Shown here one piece after another: positions 26,440 to 34,661 of a DNA stretch of 64,000 nt (positions are counted from its first letter, which is position 1; every line of letters starts with the position of its first letter). The notes beneath the pieces are model-generated. The model did no database searches, was not told the DNA's origin, and saw only the letters and a program-made list of their open reading frames with translations. Source of the stretch: an uncultured Oscillospiraceae bacterium (GTDB taxonomy: Bacteria > Bacillota > Clostridia > Oscillospirales > Oscillospiraceae); contig CALXGG010000001.1 in NCBI GenBank assembly GCA_944387785.1, forward strand, positions 9,541 to 73,540. Direction: 5' to 3'. Position numbers and translations under genes: made by a program.

Positions 26440-27633
26440 TCAGGAGATCTTTACGATAAAATCCGTGGTCACGGTGTTGTCCTCGCTGGTGAGCACCGTG
26501 TTCATGTCCGTGATGACCCCCACGATGTCCGCGCTCTTCTGGCTGAAGCCGTCGCAGGTGACCCAGACGTTGCCGTTTTGCACCGCCTTGAAATCGGCGA
26601 ACAGGGGGTTGTAGTCGATCATCTCCTGGACGGAGTAGAACGTCTCCCCCAGGTTGTAGTAGAAGAAGTAGTCGGCGTCCACGAACCGGTCGTACCACTC
26701 CTCAAAGGTCATGGAGGTGTTGCCGGTGGACTCCGGCTCCATATCGGCGCAGACGTAGTCCCCGCCGGCCATGCCGATGAGCTGGGCGATGTAGTCGCCG
26801 CCGTTGCGGGCGTAGCACTTGCCGCTGGTGGTGATATAGCCCAGGGCCACGCTCTTGCCCAGGGAGCCGTCCACGCAGGCGGCGTTGAAGCGCTCCACCT
26901 GGCCGTCAAAGTAGGTCTGGGCCTCCTCCTCAAGCCCGAAGAGCACCCCCAGCACCTTCACCCACTCGATCCGGCCCATGGGGTGCTCCTCCAGGGAGGA
27001 GTTCTCCACCAGGCTGGGGATGCCCAGCTCGTCAAACTTCTCCAGCACCTCCGGGTAGTCGTCCAGCATGGCGGTGTCCAGGTGGAGGTCGATGCCCGAG
27101 GCGGTCATCATCTCGTAGTCCGGCTCCTTGTAGCTGCCGGAATAGGTCAGCTTCCCCGCGTCCATCTGGTCGATGACCTCCTGGAGCTCCCAGCTGTCAC
27201 GGTCGATGGCGCAGAGCTTGATCCGGTCCAGGGCCCCGATGGCGTTGGACAGGGAGACCAGGGAGGAGCTGGCGCAGTACACATTCTCAATGGGCAGCTG
27301 CAGCACGATCACGTCCTCCCCCAGGCCCTCCGGGACGTCCATCCCCTCCGGCACCACCAGGTACTCCCGCTGACCGCTGGTGCCCTCGTTGCCGGCGATG
27401 ATCTTCCGGTAGCCCCCCTGGAACTTCTCGATGCGGAAGAGCTTGGCGAACTGGAGCTCCACCATCCCCTCGCTGACCAGGGCGCCCTCCGGCTGCTGCT
27501 GCTCCTGCTGCTGGCCGGCGGCGTCCGGGTTCTCTGCTGTCTGGCCGCCGCTGCCGCCGGCACAGGCCGCGAGGCTCAGGGTCATCGCCAGGGCCAGCGC
27601 CAGGGCCAGCCATCTCTTTTTTCCGTGGTTCAT
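26440..27633 (-). CDS. ABC importer substrate-binding lipoprotein (corrinoid/Fe-type binding protein)
   Basis: 397 aa. Lipobox LSLAACAGG. It is the first gene behind a cobalamin riboswitch. AGGAGG RBS. Confidence 0.8.
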   Translation of the reverse strand: MNHGKKRWLALALALAMTLSLAACAGGSGGQTAENPDAAGQQQEQQQPEGALVSEGMVELQFAKLFRIEKFQGGYRKIIAGNEGTSGQREYLVVPEGMDVPEGLGEDVIVLQLPIENVYCASSSLVSLSNAIGALDRIKLCAIDRDSWELQEVIDQMDAGKLTYSGSYKEPDYEMMTASGIDLHLDTAMLDDYPEVLEKFDELGIPSLVENSSLEEHPMGRIEWVKVLGVLFGLEEEAQTYFDGQVERFNAACVDGSLGKSVALGYITTSGKCYARNGGDYIAQLIGMAGGDYVCADMEPESTGNTSMTFEEWYDRFVDADYFFYYNLGETFYSVQEMIDYNPLFADFKAVQNGNVWVTCDGFSQKSADIVGVITDMNTVLTSEDNTVTTDFIVKIS

Positions 27634-27699
27634 TTTGTGGGATCCTCCTACATCTTGATCAAGAGAAAATCCACAGCTCCCTGGGAAATGTCCCGAAAG

Positions 27700-27978
27700 A
27701 TAGCCGGCCGCGGCAGCATACGCTGCCGCGGCCGGTTTTCCGCAACAATGGCCCCCCTATTTCCATAGCCCGTGGCGGGGGCGATCTCCGAGCAGGTCTT
27801 CTGACTTACGCATAGGATGGCGCGGGCCATCTGCGGACCGATCCTGCCTTCCCAGTTTCCCAGTGACCGACTTTCGTCGACGGATCTGCCCTCAGCGCAT
27901 ACAGCGGCGGTACCGTCCAGGTCTCCCACCTGGTTCCCTATTCTCCCCGGCAGCTGACTGCCATGCCGGAACACTCAG
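27700..27978 (-). promoter_or_regulatory. cobalamin (B12) riboswitch with GC-rich expression-platform hairpin
   Basis: The minus strand reads AATAGGGAACCAGGTGGGAGACCTGGACGGTACCGCCGCTGT, then CACTGGGAAACTGGGAAGGC, then the B12 box AGTCAGAAGACCTGC (27806-27792). A 14-bp hairpin follows at 27735-27704. Confidence 0.85.
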
Positions 27979-28001
27979 AGCGTATGGACTTTTCTGTAAG
28001 C

Positions 28002-28030
28002 ATTGTAGCCACTTATGCCCCGCTTGTCAA
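28002..28030 (-). promoter_or_regulatory. sigma-A promoter for the riboswitch operon
   Basis: Minus strand TTGACA (28030-28025), 17-nt spacer, TACAAT (28007-28002). Confidence 0.55.
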
Positions 28031-28077
28031 TCCATTCTCCCCATTTTCCCCCGCCCGGGGATCGAAAGCCCTTTCCC

Positions 28078-28785
28078 TTACCGCTCCAGGATCCGTCCGT
28101 CCACGGAGAGGGTCACCACCCGCCAGGGGAGGTCCTTGCCGCTGCGCTCCAGGGCGGCCCTGGCCGCCGCCTCCAGGCCGCCGCAGCAGGGCACCTCCAT
28201 ACGCACCACCGTCACGCTCCTGATGTCGCTGCCGCTGATGATGGCGGCCAGCTTTTCGCTGTAATCCACCCCGTCCAGCTTGGGGCAGCCCACCAGGGTG
28301 ATCTTCCCCCTCATGAACGCCTCATGGAGGCCCGCATAGGCGAAGGCGGTGCAGTCTGCGGCGATAAGAAGGTCCGCCCCCTGGAAATAGGGAGCGTTCA
28401 CTGGCACCAGCTTGATCTGGCAGGGCCACTGTCCCAGCCGGGAGGGCCGCTCCGCGGCGGCTTCCGCCCCCGCGCCGTCCCCGCCGGCCAGGCGGCGCAG
28501 CCGCTGGCCGGGGCAGCCGCCTCCGTCCGCCGTCCGGCCGCCCGCCCTACGGCCCAGGCGCGCCTCCACCGCCGCCTGGTCATAGGCCGCCGCCTCCCGC
28601 TCCACGAAGGTGATGGCCCCCGTGGGACAGGCCGGCAGGCAGTCCCCCAGGCCGTCGCAGTAGTCGTCCCGCAGGAGGCGGGCCTTGCCGTCCACCATGC
28701 CGATGGCCCCCTCGTGGCAGGCGGCGGCGCAGGCGCCGCAGCCGTTGCAGGCCTCTTCATCTATCTGGATAATTTTCCGAATCAT
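28078..28785 (-). CDS. 4Fe-4S dicluster ferredoxin-domain protein with C-terminal Cys-containing domain
   Basis: 235 aa. CNGCGACAAACHEG and CDGLGDCLPACP cluster motifs. It contains a low-complexity Gly/Ala/Arg linker. It is divergent from a Crp/Fnr regulator. Confidence 0.7.
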   Translation of the reverse strand: MIRKIIQIDEEACNGCGACAAACHEGAIGMVDGKARLLRDDYCDGLGDCLPACPTGAITFVEREAAAYDQAAVEARLGRRAGGRTADGGGCPGQRLRRLAGGDGAGAEAAAERPSRLGQWPCQIKLVPVNAPYFQGADLLIAADCTAFAYAGLHEAFMRGKITLVGCPKLDGVDYSEKLAAIISGSDIRSVTVVRMEVPCCGGLEAAARAALERSGKDLPWRVVTLSVDGRILER

Positions 28786-28807
28786 GGTCGATCCCCTTTC
28801 TTTTTTC

Positions 28808-28836
28808 TTGCCTGTACGGTGAGAGCATACTATAAT
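28808..28836 (+). promoter_or_regulatory. sigma-A promoter for the Crp/Fnr-family gene
   Basis: TTGCCT 28808-28813, 17-nt spacer, TATAAT 28831-28836. Confidence 0.5.
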
Positions 28837-28850
28837 GAAGCTTGGATGTC

Positions 28851-28866
28851 TGTTGTTATAACAACA
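28851..28866. promoter_or_regulatory. perfect 16-bp CRP/FNR-type palindrome
   Basis: TGTTGTTATAACAACA is self-complementary and has TGT-N10-ACA geometry. It sits between the divergent 4Fe-4S and crp-family genes. Confidence 0.5.
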
Positions 28867-28879
28867 AAAGGAGCCACCT

Positions 28880-29545
28880 ATGGAGATTCTTTTATCCCGG
28901 ACAGAGCTGTTCGACGGAATAGAGGAGCCGGAGATCGCCTCCCTGCTGCGCTGCCTGGCCGCGTCCCGGCGGAGCTACCGGAAGGGGGATGTGATCCTGG
29001 CGGCGGGCGACGCCACCGACTATCTGGGGGTGGTCCTCTCCGGCATGGCCATCATCTCCACCGGGGACATCTGGGGGAACAACAGCCTCCTGGGCCATGT
29101 GGGGCCGGGCTCGGTATTCGCCGAGGTGTACGCCTGCCTGCCCGGGGAGCCCCTGCGGATCTCCGTGTCCGCCGCGGAGGACACCCAGGTGCTGTTCATG
29201 GACATCGCCCGGGTGCTGGGGACCTGCCCCAGCGCCTGCCCCTTCCATGCCCGGCTGATCCGCAACCTCCTTACGGTATGCGCCCGCAAGAGCTTGCAGC
29301 TCTCCCAGCGGATCCTCCACACCAGCCCCAAATCCGTCCGGGGCCGGCTCCTCTCCTTCCTCTCCGAGTGGGCCATACGGTCCGGCAGCCGCGCCTTCCG
29401 GATCCCCTACAACCGCCAGCAGCTGGCCGACTACCTGGGCGTGGACCGCAGCGCCCTGTGCAGCGAGCTGTCCAAAATGCGCCGGGAGGGCCTCATCGAC
29501 TACCAGCGCAGCCAGTTCCTCCTCCGGGAGGCTCCGCTGCCCTGA
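28880..29545 (+). CDS. Crp/Fnr-family transcriptional regulator
   Basis: 221 aa. N-terminal cNMP-binding-like barrel and C-terminal HTH RQQLADYLGVDRSALCSELSKMRREG. Confidence 0.85.
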   Translation: MEILLSRTELFDGIEEPEIASLLRCLAASRRSYRKGDVILAAGDATDYLGVVLSGMAIISTGDIWGNNSLLGHVGPGSVFAEVYACLPGEPLRISVSAAEDTQVLFMDIARVLGTCPSACPFHARLIRNLLTVCARKSLQLSQRILHTSPKSVRGRLLSFLSEWAIRSGSRAFRIPYNRQQLADYLGVDRSALCSELSKMRREGLIDYQRSQFLLREAPLP

Positions 29546-29790
29546 GCGCCGCCCTCCCGCCGGCAAACCGGCCCAACGGACAGATCCGCCCCTTTCCCTT
29601 GTATTTTAACCGCCGGCCAGCGCCGCGGATACCGGGGAGAAAGGCGGGAGGAGCCGGAGATCCCCTATCCCATCCCGGAGGAGGGGTCGGAAAGATCCCG
29701 TTAAAATACCATTTTTTTGCGTTGATCTGGCCGTCGCTTTTGCGGAGAATATCATATAATCTGGGTAAGAAGCCGCAAAGGAGGAGCGCT

Positions 29791-31014
29791 ATGTCCATCC
29801 ATGTCACCAGCGAGATTGGGAAGCTGGAAAAAGTCATGCTCCACAAGCCAGGCGTGGAGTTGGAGCACCTGGTGCCCGACGAGCTGGAGCGCCTGCTGTT
29901 CGATGACATCCCCTACCTGGAGACCGCCCGCCGGGAGCACGACCTTTTTGCCGGGATCCTGCGGGAAAACGGGGCGGAGGTAGTCTATCTGGAGGATCTG
30001 ATGGCGGAGGTCCTCCGCCGGGATCCCACCCTGAAGGAGCCCTTTATCCGTCAGTTCATCCGGGAGAGCGGCAGCGCCGCCAACCGCTACGGCGGCTGCC
30101 TTCTGGAATTCCTGATGGCCATACCTGAGGAGACGGAGCTGGTCAAAAAGCTCATGTCCGGCGTGGGGGTCCAGGAGCTGCGCTCCGGGATCCACAGCCC
30201 CCTGGCGGATCTGGTGCGCTCCGGCAGCCGCTTTATCCTGGATCCCATCCCCAACCTCTACTTTACCCGGGATCCCTTCGCCGCCATCGGCACCGGGGTG
30301 AGCCTCAACCGCATGTACTCCTCCACCCGGCGGCGGGAGACCATATTCGGGGAGTATATCCTCTCCTACCACCCGGATTTCGCGGACGTCCCCCGCTACT
30401 ATGACCGCAGCTGCCCCTTCTCCATCGAGGGAGGGGATATCCTGAACCTCAGCGAGCGGGTGCTGGCGGTGGGCATCTCCCAGCGGACCACCCCCGAGGC
30501 CATCGAGCTTCTGGCCCAGAACCTGTTCCAGGACCCCCGTTGCGCCGTGGACACCGTTCTGGCCCTGGACATCCCCAGCATCCGGGCCTATATGCACCTG
30601 GACACGGTGTGCACCCAGGTGGACCGGGACAAGTTCACCATCCATCCGGGGATCCTGGGGAGCCTGCGGATCTTTGAGCTGCGGCCGGGCAACGGGAAGG
30701 AGCCCCTCCGGGCCAGGGAGCTGGACAGCCCCCTGGCGGACACCCTGGCCAGCCGCCTGGGGCTGGAGCGGGTGACCCTGCTCCACTGCGGCGGCATGGA
30801 CCGCATCGCCTCCGAGCGGGAGCAGTGGAACGACGGCTCCAACACCCTGTGCCTCGCGCCGGGGAAGGTGGTGGTCTACGACCGCAACTATATCACCAAC
30901 CGGGTCCTGGAGGACAACGGCGTCCAGGTCCTGGCCATGCCCAGCTCGGAGCTGTCCCGGGGCCGCGGCGGCCCCCGGTGCATGAGCATGCCCCTGGCCC
31001 GCCAGCCCCTCTGA
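29791..31014 (+). CDS. arcA: arginine deiminase
   Basis: ATG 29791 follows AAAGGAGGAG. SEIGKLEKVMLHKPG, ERLLFDDIPYLE and the C-terminal GGPRCMSMPL catalytic-Cys block. The upstream part of ORF 28015..31014 is shadow. Confidence 0.9.
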   Translation: MSIHVTSEIGKLEKVMLHKPGVELEHLVPDELERLLFDDIPYLETARREHDLFAGILRENGAEVVYLEDLMAEVLRRDPTLKEPFIRQFIRESGSAANRYGGCLLEFLMAIPEETELVKKLMSGVGVQELRSGIHSPLADLVRSGSRFILDPIPNLYFTRDPFAAIGTGVSLNRMYSSTRRRETIFGEYILSYHPDFADVPRYYDRSCPFSIEGGDILNLSERVLAVGISQRTTPEAIELLAQNLFQDPRCAVDTVLALDIPSIRAYMHLDTVCTQVDRDKFTIHPGILGSLRIFELRPGNGKEPLRARELDSPLADTLASRLGLERVTLLHCGGMDRIASEREQWNDGSNTLCLAPGKVVVYDRNYITNRVLEDNGVQVLAMPSSELSRGRGGPRCMSMPLARQPL

Positions 31015-31091
31015 GCCCCGCCTGAGCCTGCATGTCAGGGGGATCCCCCCTGTGGCGATATCAACACTATTTCACAAAAGGAGAACATACT

Positions 31092-32084
31092 ATGGGCGTC
31101 AACATTCGTGGCAGACACTTCCTGAAGCTTTTGGACTACACGCCGGAGGAGATCCGCTACCTGCTGGACCTGGCCAAGCAGTTCAAGGACATGAAGCGCA
31201 GCGGCGTGCCCCACCGGTACCTGGTGGGGAAGAACATCGTGCTGCTGTTTGAAAAGACCTCCACCCGCACCCGCTGCTCCTTCGAGGTGGCCGGGATGGA
31301 CCTGGGCCTGGGGGTGACCTACCTGGACCCCGGCAGCAGCCAGATGGGCAAGAAGGAGAGCATCCCCGACACCGCCCGGGTCCTGGGCCGGATGTACGAC
31401 GGCATCGAGTACCGGGGCTTTGACCAGCAGATCGTGGAGGAGCTGGCCAAGTACGCCGGTGTGCCCGTGTGGAACGGCCTCACCGACCAGTTCCACCCCA
31501 CCCAGATGCTGGCGGACCTGCTGACCATCGAGGAGAAGTTCGGGCGGCTGAAGGGCCTGAACTTCACCTACATGGGGGACGCCCGGAACAACATGGGCAA
31601 CTCCCTGATGGTGGCCTGCGCCAAGATGGGCCTGAACTTCACCGCCTGCGCCCCCAAGGAGCTCTTCCCCGCCCCCTGGCTGGTGGAGGAGGCCAGGAAG
31701 ATCGCCGCCGAGAACGGCTGCACCGTCCGCCTCACCGAGGACGTGGCCGAGGGCGCCGGGAACGCGGACGTGATCTACACCGACATCTGGGTCTCCATGG
31801 GCGAGCCCGACGAGGTGTGGGAGTCCCGGATCCGCCTTCTGCGGAAGTACCAGGTGAACCGGGCGGTGATGGCCCTGGCCAAGCCGGAGGCCATCTTCAT
31901 GCACTGCCTGCCCTCCTTCCACGACGAAAAGACCACCATCGGCGCCCAGATCGCCGAAAAGTTCGGCCTTCCCGAGATGGAGGTCACCAACGAGGTGTTC
32001 GAGTCCAAGCAGTCCGTGGTCTTTGACGAGGCGGAAAACCGGATGCACACCATCAAGGCCGTCATCTACGCCACCCTCTGCTGA
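31092..32084 (+). CDS. arcB: ornithine carbamoyltransferase (catabolic context)
   Basis: ATG 31092 follows [23 protein letters not shown] and HCLP motifs. Immediately downstream of arcA. Confidence 0.9.
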   Translation: MGVNIRGRHFLKLLDYTPEEIRYLLDLAKQFKDMKRSGVPHRYLVGKNIVLLFEKTSTRTRCSFEVAGMDLGLGVTYLDPGSSQMGKKESIPDTARVLGRMYDGIEYRGFDQQIVEELAKYAGVPVWNGLTDQFHPTQMLADLLTIEEKFGRLKGLNFTYMGDARNNMGNSLMVACAKMGLNFTACAPKELFPAPWLVEEARKIAAENGCTVRLTEDVAEGAGNADVIYTDIWVSMGEPDEVWESRIRLLRKYQVNRAVMALAKPEAIFMHCLPSFHDEKTTIGAQIAEKFGLPEMEVTNEVFESKQSVVFDEAENRMHTIKAVIYATLC

Positions 32085-32149
32085 GCTGTCCGAAGGGCCG
32101 CCGGCCCTCACCCCCCCCACACCCCCCACATACTATAAGGAGGAATACC

Positions 32150-33250
32150 ATGCATTTTGACATGCCGGTCTACTGCCCGCCGGACTTTACCCTGCCCCAG
32201 TTCGTCAACGCCCCCGACGCCGCCTGGGCCCCAGCCGAAATGGACGGCGTGGCCCCGGACAACTACCACAGCACCTCCATGTACCCCGAGTACTTCAAGA
32301 TCGGCGGGAAATGGGTCCTGGCCGAGGAGAGCCGCATGGACTCCAGCGTGGTCATCGGCGGCGACGGCCGCCTGTCGGTGGTGGAGAACCGGAACCTCCG
32401 CAAGGGGGACAAGGTGATCCTGGGCCGGACGGAGCGCTGCGAGGAGGGCATTTACATGCACTGCAACGGCTTCCGTGTCCCCGGGGAGCACACCGACGAC
32501 CAGTTCGTGTTCCGCCAGGGCCGCAGCCGGGAGACCTCCTACGCCCGGGACTACGACCGGCTCTTCGAGCTGCTGCGCTACGAGCGGGAGCACGGGAACA
32601 TCGTCTGGGTCATGGGCCCCGCCTTCGCCTTCGACGCCGACGCCCGGGCCGCCATGCAGTCCCTGGTGGAAAACGGCTACGCCCACGGCCTGCTGGCCGG
32701 CAACGCCCTGGCCACCCACGACCTGGAGGGTGCCCTGCTCCACACCGCCCTGGGCCAGGACATCTACACCCAGATCTCCCAGCCCAACGGCCACTACAAC
32801 CACCTGGACGTGATCAACAAGGTCCGCCGCAGCGGCTCCATCCCCCAGTTCATCAGGGACTACGGCATTGACAACGGCATCATGTACAGCCTGGTCAAGC
32901 ACGATATCCCCTTCGTCCTCACCGGCTCCATCCGGGACGACGGCCCCCTGCCGGAGGTCATCGGGGACGCCTACCGGGGGCAGAGCGCCATGCGGGCCGT
33001 GGTGAAGAAGGCCACCACCGTGATCTGCCTTGCCACCATGCTCCACACCATCGCCACCGGGAACATGACCCCCTCCTTCCGGGTCACGGCGGACGGCACC
33101 GTCCGGCCGGTGTTCCTTTACACGGTGGACGCCGACGAGTTCGTGGTCAACAAGCTCCTGGACCGGGGGAGCCTATCCGCCACCACGGTGGTGACCAACG
33201 TCCAGGACTTCATCACCATCGTGGCCAAGGGCCTGGGCGTGATGAAATAA
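32150..33250 (+). CDS. LOR/SDH-domain (TIGR00300-like) protein, possible archaeal-type ornithine cyclodeaminase
   Basis: 366 aa with strong RBS TAAGGAGGAA. No terminator separates it from arcB. Family assignment is from memory of the VMGPA...LAGNALATHD Rossmann-like region, so it is uncertain. Confidence 0.45.
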   Translation: MHFDMPVYCPPDFTLPQFVNAPDAAWAPAEMDGVAPDNYHSTSMYPEYFKIGGKWVLAEESRMDSSVVIGGDGRLSVVENRNLRKGDKVILGRTERCEEGIYMHCNGFRVPGEHTDDQFVFRQGRSRETSYARDYDRLFELLRYEREHGNIVWVMGPAFAFDADARAAMQSLVENGYAHGLLAGNALATHDLEGALLHTALGQDIYTQISQPNGHYNHLDVINKVRRSGSIPQFIRDYGIDNGIMYSLVKHDIPFVLTGSIRDDGPLPEVIGDAYRGQSAMRAVVKKATTVICLATMLHTIATGNMTPSFRVTADGTVRPVFLYTVDADEFVVNKLLDRGSLSATTVVTNVQDFITIVAKGLGVMK

Positions 33251-33278
33251 AAACCGGGAGCCCCCATAGCCAAAAGCA

Positions 33279-33321
33279 GCCCCTGGCGGGAGACGGCGCC
33301 GTGCCGAACCCCGCCAGGGGC
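33279..33321. terminator. hairpin between convergent genes
   Basis: GCCCCTGGCGGG / CCCGCCAGGGGC arms with an 18-nt loop. The T-tract is weak. Confidence 0.4.
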
Positions 33322-33337
33322 CTTCGTATGCCCGCCC

Positions 33338-34588
33338 TTATCCCGGGCCCTGGAGCTGGACCGTCCGCCGGAACTTCCCCGGGGTGGTGGACCGGAACCG
33401 GAGGAAATGGCGGCTGAGGGTCTTTTCCGAGTGGTAGCCCACCTCCAGAGCGATCTCCAGCACGGTCTTGTCCGTCTGGAGCAGCAGCTCCGAGGCCCGG
33501 TTCACCCGGACGAAATTCAGGAAATCCGAAAAGCCCATCTCCACCTGGTAGAGCAGGATACGGTTGAGCTCCCGGGGGGACATGCCGAAGCGCTCCCCCA
33601 CCTCCCGGGGACGCAGGTCCTCGCTGTAATGGCGGTAGAGATAGGACACCAGGGCGTAGTACGCCCGCTTGTCCCGGATGCGGCAGAGGTTTCCCACCTT
33701 CTGGTAAGTGCTGCGGAACTCGTTGGCCCCCATGCCGATCCGGGCCAGGAACACCTTGCTGATGTGGGCGCTGTCCACAAAGCCCAGGATCTCCGCCAGC
33801 TCCTCCAGGGTGAAATCCGTGTAGAGGAGGTAGTTGATGGTCCGGCCCACCCGCATCTCATGGAGGAGGTCGAAAAAGGACAGGCCCGTGGTGCTGGTGA
33901 TGTAGGCGCTGATGGCGGACTCGCTCATGAAGAAGATCCGGGAGAGCTGGGCCAGGGTGATCTTCTGCTGGAGGTGGCTGTACAGGTAGAGGAAGATCCC
34001 GCTGGGGTCCGTCCCCCTCCCCTCCGGCGGGGCCTCGGGGCGGCCCCGGGCCCGGAGGAAGGTGACGAGGATCTCCACCAGCTTGTTGGTGATGTAAAGG
34101 TTGCCCAAAGCCCCGGCGGCATCCCCCTCCCGGGGCGGCGGCGCAAAGGCCATGCCGATCTCGTCCCGGATCCGGAGGAACAGCGCCCTGGCCTCTTTCG
34201 CCGCCTCCCCGGCAAGGCCGATCACCGGGTCCTCCTCCATGGCCCGCAGCAGGGACAAAGGCCCCTTGCCCGGGTTGTACACCGTCTTGACAATCTCGTT
34301 GACGTTGTCGAAGCAGTAGGCCAGGACAAACAGGCGCAGGGGCTCCTCCACCGCCACGATATCCGTGATCTGCCAGGGCAGCACCGACACCAGGGTGCCG
34401 CCCTTCAGGGGATAGCGCCGGTTGTTCAGCGCCAGGGTCCCCGCCCCGCTGTCCACCCACCAGAACCGGGCCATGGGGTGGAGCAGGGGCGTGGTGGGGG
34501 CGGAGACCACCTCGATGTCAAAGCTGCAGATCTTGTTTTCATCCTGCATGGAGCCGTAGAGGCTCTGCATGGGTACCATCTCTGTCAT
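33338..34588 (-). CDS. AraC-family regulator with N-terminal cupin-like sensor and two complete AraC DNA-binding modules
   Basis: 416 aa. The first module ends ...LAEILGFVDSAHISKVFLARIGMGANEFR and the second ends ...IALEVGYHSEKTLSRHFLRFRSTTPGKFRR. Confidence 0.8.
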   Translation of the reverse strand: MTEMVPMQSLYGSMQDENKICSFDIEVVSAPTTPLLHPMARFWWVDSGAGTLALNNRRYPLKGGTLVSVLPWQITDIVAVEEPLRLFVLAYCFDNVNEIVKTVYNPGKGPLSLLRAMEEDPVIGLAGEAAKEARALFLRIRDEIGMAFAPPPREGDAAGALGNLYITNKLVEILVTFLRARGRPEAPPEGRGTDPSGIFLYLYSHLQQKITLAQLSRIFFMSESAISAYITSTTGLSFFDLLHEMRVGRTINYLLYTDFTLEELAEILGFVDSAHISKVFLARIGMGANEFRSTYQKVGNLCRIRDKRAYYALVSYLYRHYSEDLRPREVGERFGMSPRELNRILLYQVEMGFSDFLNFVRVNRASELLLQTDKTVLEIALEVGYHSEKTLSRHFLRFRSTTPGKFRRTVQLQGPG

Positions 34589-34661
34589 GACGGGGCTCCT
34601 TTTTCCGGGAGAAGGGGATCGCCCGCCTCTCCCGCCTTATGTCTCCTATCCTTCCTGCCGC

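Noticed and set aside
29546-29790. Crp/ArcR-type box upstream of arcA, where TTTTGCG occurs twice next to a TATAAT at about 29765
   Set aside because: There is no TGT-N10-ACA palindrome like the one at 28851. The direct repeat is short and could be chance. The -35 is weak, but that alone does not define a site.
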